From positions 659,338-723,337 of the forward strand of contig JBAZXR010000001.1 of assembly GCA_041659765.1 (NCBI GenBank): a stretch of DNA of 64,000 nucleotides. Reading direction: 5' to 3'. Each line of letters begins with the position of its first letter. Positions within the stretch are counted from its first letter, which is position 1. The notes beneath the pieces were generated by a model. That model was given only the letters and a program-made list of their open reading frames with translations. It did no database searches and was not told the DNA's origin. This DNA comes from Patescibacteria group bacterium. Lineage in GTDB: Bacteria > Patescibacteriota > Patescibacteriia > UBA9934. Positions 1 through 9,290 of the stretch are shown piece after piece. A program made the position numbers and the translations under genes.

Positions 1-2
1 AC

Positions 3-566
3 GGCGGACTCTACTTCTTCTGGGTCAATAGCAAAGGATATCGCCTATTTCTAGATACCCATCCCGCTATCCGCGAGCAATTCTCCAGGGCGGATGAACA
101 AATTGGCAATATTCTTTGGGTGTATTTCGACGACAAAGGCGACGCCTATAAAACCCTTGGAGGCGAAGACTTCGGCCCAGATCGCTGGGGATCAGTGATT
201 TACGGAGGCGGAGAACGGTCATATTTCTTTAAGGACAAAACACCAGTCCTCACTCTAAAAACAGACTTCCCCTCGTCAAACTCTTATTCTGAAGCGAACA
301 AGAGTCAGTTCAGTGTGCGTGAACTCTATCTCCTCGATGAAAAATCAGTTGGGTTAGTTATAGAAAATAAACTTATCGTCATCAATCTCGTAGACAAAGA
401 GGCGAGGATTGTAAGGAATCAAAAAGAAATCGAGAGACTGATTTCGGGCGCATCGTTGCTCTCGGTAGATTATGGCAGCTACCTCGGTAATAACTGCGTC
501 TGGAATAAAGATGCCGAGATAGCCGCAGGAAAGGACGGTGCTCGAGATATCTTCTGCCTTCAATAA
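3..566 (+). CDS. hypothetical protein, 5' end outside window (frame open from window start; GTG at 120 is the first in-window start)
   Basis: Frame is open from position 3 with no stops, and coding continues to a stop at 566. No recognisable motif. Confidence 0.4.
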   Translation, partial: GGLYFFWVNSKGYRLFLDTHPAIREQFSRADEQIGNILWVYFDDKGDAYKTLGGEDFGPDRWGSVIYGGGERSYFFKDKTPVLTLKTDFPSSNSYSEANKSQFSVRELYLLDEKSVGLVIENKLIVINLVDKEARIVRNQKEIERLISGASLLSVDYGSYLGNNCVWNKDAEIAAGKDGARDIFCLQ

Positions 567-571
567 TCTCT

Positions 572-1210
572 GTGAAAATCCTTTCTCCCGACAACATCGC
601 TGAAGCCGTCGATCTCCTAAAACAAGGCGGCGTGATTGTGTATCCCACGGAAACTTCTTATGGGATTGGATGCGATGCGACGAATGCGGAAACGGTTGCT
701 CGAGTGTTCGCGATCAAAGGCCGACCAGAAGGCAAAGGCGTTACCCTTCTTTTGCCATCGAGTAATCCGTTCGGTGAAGAACTTGTCGATTGGGATCCGA
801 AGCTTCGGGAAATGGCCGAGAAATACTGGCCAGGGCCGCTAAACATCATCGTCGAGGTTCGCATGGGATCATCGATCGCAACGCAATGTATGACCGGCTC
901 GCCCGTAGGGCGGTCTACGCCCGAGGGTTCGACCATTGCGGTTCGTCGATCGAGTCACCCTATCGCACAGGCGCTCGTCGATGCCCTGGGTGTCCCCCTT
1001 GTATCAACCAGTGCGAATATCTCTGGGGAAAAAGAGCTGTATGACGCAAAAAGTATTGTCGAACTTTTCGGTGCTCGAAACCTACAACCAGATGCGATCA
1101 TCGACGCAGGTTTACTCAAAAAAAATCCCCCGTCGACCATTATCACTTCACAAAACGGCAACGTCGAGGTACTTAGGCAGGGCGCAATTACGCTCGAGCC
1201 TTCCAGGTAA
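572..1210 (+). CDS. tsaC: L-threonylcarbamoyladenylate synthase, TsaC/YrdC/Sua5 family
   Basis: YrdC-domain signature in the N-terminus (VYPTETSYGIGCDA ... GRPEGKGVTLLL), about 210 aa. Confidence 0.8.
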   Translation: MKILSPDNIAEAVDLLKQGGVIVYPTETSYGIGCDATNAETVARVFAIKGRPEGKGVTLLLPSSNPFGEELVDWDPKLREMAEKYWPGPLNIIVEVRMGSSIATQCMTGSPVGRSTPEGSTIAVRRSSHPIAQALVDALGVPLVSTSANISGEKELYDAKSIVELFGARNLQPDAIIDAGLLKKNPPSTIITSQNGNVEVLRQGAITLEPSR

Positions 1211-1742
1211 GGAGCGGCGGGATATTCATGAGGACCAGGCCGGAATCAATGTGGTGAAATGATTTTTTTAGGAACTTTTTGCCTCGCGGGTTAAACTGAA
1301 ACATGACGAAGACACCTTTTTCTCCCAACAACTTGGCGGACTTAGCAATGAGTGTCGTGGCCTCATGTTTCTTCAGTAAAGTAAACGGGATACTGGACAT
1401 CATGGCGTCCACCTGAGAAATGCCAATAGTCGCCAGGAGTTCGTCGACCTTCTCCGCCGAGGCAGTGAAGACTGTTACGCGAGGATCGGCGAGAATCTTT
1501 CGCAGATGATCAGCCAACACCGGGTTCTGCTCGATCAAAATTAACTTTCCATCTGCCGGCATCCGCTTCAGCATTTCTTTACTGACCACCCCCTCCCCCG
1601 CGCCGTACTCCACAATCACCATGCCTGGTTTAGCAAAATCAATTTTCTCACAGAGTTTTTTCACCGCATGCTTGCTCGTGGGCGTCACCGAGGCGACCGA
1701 GATATCCTTAAGAAAGGTTTTGAAGAATGCGAGCTTATTCAT
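1188..1742 (-). CDS. class I SAM-dependent methyltransferase (small rRNA-adenine-MTase-like)
   Basis: Motif I-like VEYGAGEGVVSKEML followed by LILIEQNP. Convergent with tsaC, overlapping it by 23 nt. Confidence 0.6.
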   Translation of the reverse strand: MNKLAFFKTFLKDISVASVTPTSKHAVKKLCEKIDFAKPGMVIVEYGAGEGVVSKEMLKRMPADGKLILIEQNPVLADHLRKILADPRVTVFTASAEKVDELLATIGISQVDAMMSSIPFTLLKKHEATTLIAKSAKLLGEKGVFVMFQFNPRGKKFLKKSFHHIDSGLVLMNIPPLLTWKARA

Positions 1743-1805
1743 ACGTACAAATTGAGCGAGAGATGCTATTATAGGTCTAGAAGTAACCTTATCTTAGCCT
1801 GTTTT

Positions 1806-2063
1806 ATGAAACATTGGAAATTCCTGGTCCCTGCGGCATTTGCCGTCGTGACCATGGGCGCGGGTTGTTCGAGCACAGGCAAGGTGACGTCAGATACGTC
1901 CGTATCACCTCAGGAACAGGTCGACGCGTCAGTCAACGCACTTGTGAACGTCTCGGCCAGTGAAGACACTACGCTCGCGCCAGAAGACACCAATGCGACG
2001 ACAGCGAACGATACTGAATCACTAAATAACCTCGGCTACGCCTATGACACGAACAACTTCTAA
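1806..2063 (+). CDS. small lipoprotein (hypothetical)
   Basis: Internal ATG at 1806 gives MKHWKFLVPAAFAVVTMGAGCSS, i.e. a signal peptide plus lipobox. The upstream extension of the tracked ORF overlaps the oppositely oriented MTase gene. Confidence 0.45.
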   Translation: MKHWKFLVPAAFAVVTMGAGCSSTGKVTSDTSVSPQEQVDASVNALVNVSASEDTTLAPEDTNATTANDTESLNNLGYAYDTNNF

Positions 2064-2847
2064 GCGCGTAGCGATGAGTGCCGTCAGCCTAGCTCTCCTG
2101 TTTGGTCAGAGTCTCCCGATCGCTTTCGCCGAAGAAAACCGTGACGGTGAGCGGCCAGACAGCCGGTCAGCGGTTGGCGATAACTTTTGCACCCGCTTCA
2201 CGAATGCCTCCGACAGCGTCACGAAGGAACTCTCAAAACGGGTTGGCGAGCATGAGAAGCGTCTGACAGACAAAGACTCATCCATCATCAAAAAAGAACA
2301 GGAGACGGACACGCATCTCGGCGAGGTTCGTATCAAAGAAGACAAGGCCCGCACCGCGGAATTCGCCAAGATTGACGCGCTCGCTAAAACAGATGCTCAG
2401 AAGGTTGCTGTTACCGCTTTCAAAGTTGCCGTGACTACAGCTATCTCCATCAGACGCACAGCCGTAGACGCTGCGCTCACCACTTTCCGTGCTGGCGTTG
2501 AAAAAACAAAAACTACCCGCCGAACCAGCATGGAAGCGATCGCGAAAACTTTCAAAGCCTCCGTGGAAACGGCTCTCACAAAGGCCAAAACATCCTGCGC
2601 CGCAGGAACAGATCCAAAGACAGTAAAAGCAACGCTAACGAGCGAGCTGAAGACTGCCCAAACCAAACTCCAAGCTGACCGTAAAGCACTTGATGGATCC
2701 GCGGCCATCAAAAACCTAGTCGCCACAAAAAAGAAGGCCATCGAATCTGCCATGAACGTCTTCCATGCCTCCATGGAAACCGCCCGCGGAGCACTCAAAC
2801 TCGCACTCGGCAGTGCCGTGCCAAGAGTTAAAAAAGAAAACGATTAG
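2044..2847 (+). CDS. secreted alpha-helical repeat protein (hypothetical)
   Basis: N-terminal signal peptide (MSAVSLALLFGQSLPIAFA). Low-complexity Lys/Ala/Thr-rich body. Followed by a strong terminator hairpin. Confidence 0.5.
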   Translation: MTRTTSKRVAMSAVSLALLFGQSLPIAFAEENRDGERPDSRSAVGDNFCTRFTNASDSVTKELSKRVGEHEKRLTDKDSSIIKKEQETDTHLGEVRIKEDKARTAEFAKIDALAKTDAQKVAVTAFKVAVTTAISIRRTAVDAALTTFRAGVEKTKTTRRTSMEAIAKTFKASVETALTKAKTSCAAGTDPKTVKATLTSELKTAQTKLQADRKALDGSAAIKNLVATKKKAIESAMNVFHASMETARGALKLALGSAVPRVKKEND

Positions 2848-2878
2848 TAAAGACTCGGCCCTTCGACAAGCTCAGGGC

Positions 2879-2910
2879 ACAAAAATACGACCAAGAAGGT
2901 CGTATTTTTG
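2879..2910 (+). terminator. rho-independent terminator (perfect stem aaaaatacgacc/ggtcgtattttt followed by T-run)
   Basis: Perfect inverted repeat plus TTTTTG immediately after the stop of the 2044..2847 gene. Confidence 0.7.
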
Positions 2911-2998
2911 TGGCGGAGGGAGTGAGATTCGAACTCACGGAGGCTTTCACCTCGACGGTTTTCAAGACCGTTACCATAAACCACTCGGTCATCCCTCC
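2911..2998 (-). tRNA. tRNA-Ser (anticodon TGA), class II with long variable arm
   Basis: The reverse complement folds as GGAGGGA...CTTGAAA (anticodon loop)...GTTCGAATC...TCCCTCCGCCA, with a 7-bp acceptor and a long variable arm. Confidence 0.85.
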
Positions 2999-3018
2999 TA
3001 AAAATTGTAAAAACTCAC

Positions 3019-3108
3019 TGGCGGAGAGGGAGAGATTCGAACTCTCGGTACTCTTTCAAGTACGCAGGATTAGCAATCCTGTGCCTTAAGCCACTCGGCC
3101 ACCTCTCC
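3019..3108 (-). tRNA. tRNA-Ser (anticodon GCT), class II
   Basis: Reverse complement: GGAGAGGTGGCCGAGTGG...GGATTGCTAATCC...GTTCGAATCTCTCCCTCTCCGCCA. Confidence 0.85.
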
Positions 3109-3173
3109 CCGCGATAGAACGGGCGTACACTACCTGAATTGTCACTCTTTTTCAAGCGTGCTCATGTTATACT

Positions 3174-3713
3174 GTGGGCAAGCATATGGCAAAGGGGGAA
3201 GGCAAAAAAAAGATTCAGGCTGAAGAACATGAGCATATTGACGTTGGAAACGTCATTTGCACCTGGGAAACTTGGGAATATCCGCCGTCTGATCGTTCAA
3301 CTGGCTGGTACGTGGCGGCTGGCGCTATTGGCTTGGCGATGCTGCTGTTTGCCCTCATGACGGCCAATTTTGTCTTTGCACTTATCCTCCTCATGTTTGC
3401 TGTTATTCTGCTAATGCGTGACCTGAAAAAGCCAGCGCGAGTTAGAGCGTACGTCACTACTTCAGGAGTAGTTCTCGGCGACGAGTTCTACCCGTACGAG
3501 ACGATTAAGGATTTTTCGATCTCCTATTCTCCGCCTGACATTAAGTATCTCTACGTTTCTTTCCAGGGGCGGTTGAAACCGACGTTATCTATTCACCTGG
3601 ACGACAAAAACCCCAACGAAGTCCGTCAAAGCCTTTTGCCCTACGTTTTCGAGAACCTTGACCGCGAAGGCGAAAGTTTGACAGACACCCTCCGTCGCGT
3701 GTATAAATTATAA
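3174..3713 (+). CDS. hypothetical membrane protein (2 TM helices)
   Basis: 179-aa ORF with two hydrophobic helices (AAGAIGLAMLLFALM; FALILLMFAVILLM) and good coding continuity. Confidence 0.5.
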   Translation: MGKHMAKGEGKKKIQAEEHEHIDVGNVICTWETWEYPPSDRSTGWYVAAGAIGLAMLLFALMTANFVFALILLMFAVILLMRDLKKPARVRAYVTTSGVVLGDEFYPYETIKDFSISYSPPDIKYLYVSFQGRLKPTLSIHLDDKNPNEVRQSLLPYVFENLDREGESLTDTLRRVYKL

Positions 3714-3747
3714 GCTTTTCAGCAGTATTTTAAGAGTTTCTGCGTAT

Positions 3748-3824
3748 GCGCGCGTAGCTCAGCTGGATAGAGCATCAGCTTGCGGAGCTGAGGGTCGTAG
3801 GTTCAAATCCTGCCGCGCGCACCA
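3748..3824 (+). tRNA. tRNA-Arg (anticodon GCG as read)
   Basis: GCGCGCG-TA-GCTC...GAGC-A-TCAGC-TTGCGGA-GCTGA...GTAGG-TTCAAAT-CCTGC-CGCGCGC-A-CCA. Canonical 77-nt cloverleaf, followed by a terminator-like hairpin at 3826..3856. Confidence 0.8.
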
Positions 3825-3875
3825 CAAACCGATCCCTTTACGGGGTCGTTTTGTTTAGGCATACTAGCCAATTCT

Positions 3876-5579
3876 ATGATTTCCCTCCTCAAGTCCTATA
3901 AAGCGCTCGTCACCCTGGTGATTGCCCTCGCCTTGGGTCAGCAGATGCTGAACCTCATTGTCCCAAAGATCATCTCCAAGGCGATTAACACCTTTGCGCT
4001 TGGCGTTTTCTCCATGCCAACTATTTTAACGGAGTTTGCGGTGGTAGCTGGCGGCATTTTCATTCTTGGCGCTTTGCTCGCCGTTTTTCAAACGTATGTT
4101 AGCGAGAAAGTCGCGCGCGATCTGCGTAACCAGCTGGCCAGTAAAGTTTCTCGCCAGGATTTTTTATACGTCCAGCGCAAGACCCCTGGCATCCTCCTCA
4201 CGAACTTCTCGTCTGACATTGACGCCGTGAAGCAGTTTGTCTCCCAGGCGGTGCCGACGGTCCTCTCTTCCCTCTTCGTCATTATTGGCGCGGCGTATTT
4301 CCTGTTGAGCATTAACTGGCAGCTCGGCCTCGCGGTTCTTTCGATCGTCCCCTTGATCGGCACTGCGCTCTTTGGGCTCTTTGGCTTTATCCGCCCGCTC
4401 TTCAAAAAAGGCCAGGAAGTCATCGACAAACTAAACTCCGTGATCAACGAAAGCATCCTGGGTGCGGCGATTATTCGCGTACTGAACTCCCAGGTCATCG
4501 AATACAACCGTTTCATCAAAACGAATACGGAAGCCAAAGACGTAGGCATGCAAATTCTCAAAATGTTCGCGGGTTTGATTCCGCTCATTACGCTGATCGC
4601 AAACGGTGCCATGCTCGTCATGGTGCTTTTGGGCGGCCGGTTCATTATCAACGGCACGCTAACCATCGGCGACTTTGCGGCGTTCATGACGTACCTAGGC
4701 ATTCTCATCTTCCCTATCTTCATGCTCGGTTTCATGAGCAATGCCATCTCTCGCGCAGGCGTCTCATATGCACGCATCGAAGAAGTGCTGAAGGCACCAG
4801 AAGAAAAAGAAGGCGGTGATGACGTAGTGAATTTTAAGGGCGAGTTATCAGTGACTGATGTATCGCTCGCGTACGAAACAAAAACTATTCTCAAAAATGC
4901 TACGTTCCATGTTCACCCAAACACCAAAACGGCGATCATCGGCCCAACAGCTGCCGGTAAGACCCAGTTGCTCTATCTGCTTTCTGGCCTCACAAAACCT
5001 GACGCCGGAACCATCGCCTACGACAGCAAACCGATGTTTGATTACGACCAAAAACAGCTCCGCCAACATCTCGGCATTGTTTTTCAGGACAGCGTGCTCT
5101 TTAACCTCACGCTCCGCGAGAACATCGCCTTTGGCCAAAATGTGGGCGAACGCGATTTGCAGTTGGCTATCGAGACCGCCGAGCTTGGTGATTTCGTGAA
5201 CTCGCTCGAACATGGCCTCGACACGCTTGTCTCTGAACGCGGCACGAACCTCTCTGGCGGACAGAAACAGCGCATTATGCTCGCTCGCGCCCTGGCCCAC
5301 GCGCCAAATATCCTGTTCCTCGATGACTTTACCGCGCGCGTCGACGCGAACACTGAACGAAAAGTCCTCGCCAACATTGAAAATAACTACCCGCACCTGA
5401 CGCTCGTGTCGGTTACTCAAAAAGTGACGAACACAGAAGCCTACGACCAAATCATTCTCCTTATGGAGGGCGAAATTTTGGCAGTTGGGACACATACGGA
5501 GCTCATGAAGACCTCGCCGGAGTACGTACAGATTGTTGATTCACAGCGGAGCACCAATGCGTATGAACTACAGTCTTAA
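3876..5579 (+). CDS. ABC transporter permease/ATP-binding fusion protein (exporter, MsbA/MdlB-like), first of a pair
   Basis: N-terminal 6-TM domain. Walker A GPTAAGKT, signature LSGGQKQR, Walker B ILFLDD. Confidence 0.85.
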   Translation: MISLLKSYKALVTLVIALALGQQMLNLIVPKIISKAINTFALGVFSMPTILTEFAVVAGGIFILGALLAVFQTYVSEKVARDLRNQLASKVSRQDFLYVQRKTPGILLTNFSSDIDAVKQFVSQAVPTVLSSLFVIIGAAYFLLSINWQLGLAVLSIVPLIGTALFGLFGFIRPLFKKGQEVIDKLNSVINESILGAAIIRVLNSQVIEYNRFIKTNTEAKDVGMQILKMFAGLIPLITLIANGAMLVMVLLGGRFIINGTLTIGDFAAFMTYLGILIFPIFMLGFMSNAISRAGVSYARIEEVLKAPEEKEGGDDVVNFKGELSVTDVSLAYETKTILKNATFHVHPNTKTAIIGPTAAGKTQLLYLLSGLTKPDAGTIAYDSKPMFDYDQKQLRQHLGIVFQDSVLFNLTLRENIAFGQNVGERDLQLAIETAELGDFVNSLEHGLDTLVSERGTNLSGGQKQRIMLARALAHAPNILFLDDFTARVDANTERKVLANIENNYPHLTLVSVTQKVTNTEAYDQIILLMEGEILAVGTHTELMKTSPEYVQIVDSQRSTNAYELQS

Positions 5580-7302
5580 TAAAACTACCGGTAAAGCCAA
5601 ACTCAAGTTCTTTTGGCCGTTCTTAAAGGACGAAAAGCTCCCGATGTTTATTGCACTCATCGGCATCCTAGTCAGCTCTGCCTTGAACTTGCTCGCTCCT
5701 GTACTCATCGGCCGAGCGATCGACACGTATATAGCGGCGCGTGACTTGGCCGGGCTCTCTCTAGTAGCGGGACAACTGGCGCTCGTATTCTTCGGCGCCT
5801 TCATTGCTGGTTATGTTCAAACTACTACCATGGGTGGCGTTGGCCAACGCGTACTCTATAAGTTGCGCAATACTATTTTCAGCAAACTCGAATCTTTGCC
5901 TGTCGCGTTCTTTAACCAGAACAAAGCCGGTGATCTTATTTCGCGCATCAACAATGACACGGACAAGCTAAACCAATTCTTTTCCCAAGCCATCATGCAG
6001 TTTGTGGGCAATGGCTTCATGATTATTGGCGCCGGTATCTCGCTCGTATCCATCAACGCGAAGCTCGGTCTAGCCGTGCTTGTTCCGGCGCTGATTCTTC
6101 TTGTCATTACTCGGGTGACCTCGGGCCTCATCAAAAAGAAGAACGCGGAAAGCTTGCAAGCTACAGGTTCTTTCAGCGGAGCCGTACAGGAGAGTCTAGA
6201 AAACTTCAAAGTCGTCGTGGCCTTTAATCGCCAAGACTACTTCCACACCCACTTGGCCGAGTCCAACGAAAAGAACTACGACGCAGCTCTTGGCGCAGGC
6301 GTAGCAAACACGGCCTTCACCCCAATCTACGGCCTCATGGGCAACGCTGCGCAGCTAATTGCTATCACGTACGGTATTACGCTCGTCATGTCTGGCCAGT
6401 TGACCGTAGGACTACTCGTGAGCACGCTGACTTACATCTCCCGCTTCTATGACCCCGTGCGCCAGATTGCCTCTTTCTGGGCGTCTTGGCAGTCTGCACT
6501 AGCCGCAGCTGATCGCATCCATAACATCCTGGAGCTCTCGTCCAACATGGAGACGGTCGAAATCACTGCGCAGGCGTCCGGCGACGCCGTACTCGAGTTC
6601 AAGGGTGTTAACTTCAGCTATCCGGAGGGTAAGTCCGTTCTGCACAACGTGAACCTCGCGTTCAACGCCGGAAAAACCTACGCCCTCGTCGGCCCCACTG
6701 GTGGAGGTAAGACGACAACCGCCTCCCTCGCCGCACGCCTGTACGACCCGACCGCAGGAACTGTCTTCTTGGACGGCCAGGATATTCGCTCATACTCGGC
6801 GGATGAACGAACAAAGCGTATCGGCTTCATTCTCCAGGATCCGTTCCTATTCAAGGGAACTGTGCGGGACAACGTGGTCTACGGCAACGAAAAGTTCGCG
6901 AACATGACCGAGGAGGCTCTCACAAAGCACCTCGAAGAGATCGGCCTTTCTAAATTACTGACACGCTTCGACAAAGGTCTACGGGCTGAAATCGGCAACA
7001 CGGGCGGAACGTTGTCCGCTGGCCAAAAACAAATCCTCGCCTTCATGCGCGCCATTCTCCGCGAACCAAAGCTACTCATTCTCGATGAAGCTACGGCGAA
7101 CATCGACACCATTACGGAGCAACTCTTAGGCGAAGCACTGGATGCGCTCCCCAAATCAACAACCCGCATCATCATTGCCCACCGTCTTAATACGATCGAG
7201 AACGCTGATGAAATCTTCTTCGTCAACAGCGGCGAGATCATCCCCGCCGGTTCGCTCAAGGAAGCGATTGACATGTTGCTTCATAAAGAACGCACGAGCT
7301 AA
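5533..7302 (+). CDS. ABC transporter permease/ATP-binding fusion protein, second of a pair (heterodimeric exporter)
   Basis: TM domain plus GPTGGGKTT, LSAGQKQ, LILDEAT. Overlaps the upstream gene, with alternative starts near 5557-5563. Confidence 0.85.
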   Translation: MLIHSGAPMRMNYSLNKTTGKAKLKFFWPFLKDEKLPMFIALIGILVSSALNLLAPVLIGRAIDTYIAARDLAGLSLVAGQLALVFFGAFIAGYVQTTTMGGVGQRVLYKLRNTIFSKLESLPVAFFNQNKAGDLISRINNDTDKLNQFFSQAIMQFVGNGFMIIGAGISLVSINAKLGLAVLVPALILLVITRVTSGLIKKKNAESLQATGSFSGAVQESLENFKVVVAFNRQDYFHTHLAESNEKNYDAALGAGVANTAFTPIYGLMGNAAQLIAITYGITLVMSGQLTVGLLVSTLTYISRFYDPVRQIASFWASWQSALAAADRIHNILELSSNMETVEITAQASGDAVLEFKGVNFSYPEGKSVLHNVNLAFNAGKTYALVGPTGGGKTTTASLAARLYDPTAGTVFLDGQDIRSYSADERTKRIGFILQDPFLFKGTVRDNVVYGNEKFANMTEEALTKHLEEIGLSKLLTRFDKGLRAEIGNTGGTLSAGQKQILAFMRAILREPKLLILDEATANIDTITEQLLGEALDALPKSTTRIIIAHRLNTIENADEIFFVNSGEIIPAGSLKEAIDMLLHKERTS

Positions 7303-7365
7303 ACCAAAAGCACTCGCCGAAAGGCGGGTGTTTTGGTATGTTGATCCACAAGATAATAACAACTA

Positions 7366-8143
7366 TATGGTTGCATCTTTAGTCTTTGATGAGAAATATA
7401 AAAAGCTGGTCACAACAACTCGTGAAACCTTCGAACCCTTCTATAAAATCTGCTCTTCTGCACTATTAGAACTGCTAAAAGTTAAAGAAAAGCTCATCGA
7501 AGAGGTCAGGTTGGATCGAGACAAAGAGTTTAATGAAGCAGCACTGCTGCTTATTAGTCGTTCTCTTCAGCACCACGAAAGCATCTTTATACTCATAGAA
7601 CGAGGACTCTACGGTGACGCGTTCAGTATCGCTAGAAACATACTTAGTGATGTTTCCATGTTTTATTACCTTCACCACAATCCAGAACTAATACCGATGT
7701 TCATCAAAGAAAGCGACACGTCGTACCAAGATGACGCAGCCTTTAAAAAAGCCTTCAACGAAGGAACAATTCAAAAAAATCTTAAAGTCAATGGCCACTC
7801 CGCTCCAGTAAAATCCTTTCAGCTGCTGAGTAAAACTGCTCATGCCAGCGCGTGGGGTGCTCAGCTATACGGAACAGGAGACCGAAAAGACCCAAACGTA
7901 TTTATCGCTAAGTTTGAACCGCAGTTCGAGTCAAAGAAAGCGCTAGGTCTCCTAGGTATTATCCTATCGGTCAACTGGGACTACCTAAATATGGTCCTTT
8001 GGCATAGACATCATAATAAGTTGGATGTTAATTCAAAGTTTTGGCTAGGAATTCAAGAAAACGTAAAGAAGTTGCGCCCGCTCATTTTGGGGCTTGGCGA
8101 AAAAAGCGAAGAAATACTAAAGGGGCTTAACGGCAAAGAATAA
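7366..8143 (+). CDS. hypothetical helical protein in AT-rich insert (RSLQHH, Rx4H motif)
   Basis: Start at ATG 7366 (MVASLVFDEKYKK). The tracked upstream extension overlaps the ABC gene. GC is clearly lower than in the flanks. Confidence 0.5.
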
Positions 8144-8248
8144 ATTCCGTAGCTCGTCGCCTCGTTAGCAACCCAGCTCCTTCACACTAACGTTGTCGGA
8201 AACTCTTCTATCCCGTGACACCTAGAAACCACTAGCTCCTACCTCACT

Positions 8249-8737
8249 ATGGATAAAGATAATTTCTTCGTTAAAACACAAATTGAATCAAATATAAATG
8301 CGATCGAAAGCCTGGCTAACACCGGCGTATTTAGCGCTCCGGCATTGAGGGTTTTCGCGGAGCCTTCCTTTGTTTCTATAATTCTGAAAATGCACGACCT
8401 CCTACAAAAACTTAATGCTCTCGGGCATAGGGTGGACTTCAAAGATGATGTAGAAAATGGTGATATTACGGATCTAATCAGCAAAGTAAGAAATGCGATT
8501 TGTCATCTTGACTCTCCAGAAAATCTACTCGATAAAGATGCCCAGATTAAATTTGTGTTTTGCATGGCCTACGGTAAGGCGAACCTCGTGCAGATTGGAG
8601 AAAAGTGCGCGCAGTCAGAGTACGAAGATGACATCGCCTTCTTCTACGGTGAACATCGGGTGTACCTCAAAAGGCATATCTTTAAACTGGTTCACGAAAC
8701 AAAGAATGTGTACGAACGTCTTTATCGTTCCCAATAA
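8249..8737 (+). CDS. hypothetical protein in AT-rich insert (VRNAICH, Rx4H HEPN-like motif)
   Basis: 162-aa ORF on the same strand as the previous gene and in the same low-GC block. Confidence 0.5.
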   Translation: MDKDNFFVKTQIESNINAIESLANTGVFSAPALRVFAEPSFVSIILKMHDLLQKLNALGHRVDFKDDVENGDITDLISKVRNAICHLDSPENLLDKDAQIKFVFCMAYGKANLVQIGEKCAQSEYEDDIAFFYGEHRVYLKRHIFKLVHETKNVYERLYRSQ

Positions 8738-8780
8738 CAAATCCCCGACGCATGGCATCGGGGTCGACGAACTCACGTGT

Positions 8781-9263
8781 TCAGTTCTTCGGCACGAGGT
8801 CTAGGAGATGGTCGCGGAGTTTTTCGCGCCAGGCTTTGACTTCGCTCTCGAAGCCGAGCTTGATGCCGCCGACGAAACAGCCTTCGCCGAGCAACGCCTC
8901 GAAGTCCACGTACGGGACAACGGGCTCGGAGAATTCGCCGAGGTCTACTGATTCCGTATTCATGCGCCCCGGTGTGTGAGGATCTGGGTCGCCGTCAAGC
9001 GGAGGAGCGAAACTCGGATGCGCGATGACCCGTTTACCGTCGATCTGCATGTGCCAATCTAGATACTCGCCACCACAGCGGTTGTTTTGTGGCAATAGCG
9101 TGGCGCGCTGGAGAACCCTCAGCTCTTCGCGTGCCTTGGGACTGAACCTCCTCCCATCATGCAGCGGGTGCCGTATGGCCTGCAACGATTCGTCTAACAA
9201 TCTCTGATCCATGTGACCTCCAATAACGACCCAATTCTTACTCCGAAAAAGAACATTCGTCAA
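8781..9263 (-). CDS. hypothetical protein (GC-rich, convergent with the AT-rich pair)
   Basis: 160-aa ORF with no recognisable motif. An alternative start at MDQRL lies about 51 nt inside. Confidence 0.4.
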   Translation of the reverse strand: MTNVLFRSKNWVVIGGHMDQRLLDESLQAIRHPLHDGRRFSPKAREELRVLQRATLLPQNNRCGGEYLDWHMQIDGKRVIAHPSFAPPLDGDPDPHTPGRMNTESVDLGEFSEPVVPYVDFEALLGEGCFVGGIKLGFESEVKAWREKLRDHLLDLVPKN

Positions 9264-9290
9264 AAAAAAATGGTATTCTAGTCACAAATT

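Noticed and set aside
7142-7365. Upstream part of the 333-aa ORF overlapping the ABC transporter 3' end
   Set aside because: It overlaps the well-supported ABC gene in another frame. Composition changes sharply at about 7320, consistent with the internal ATG at 7366.
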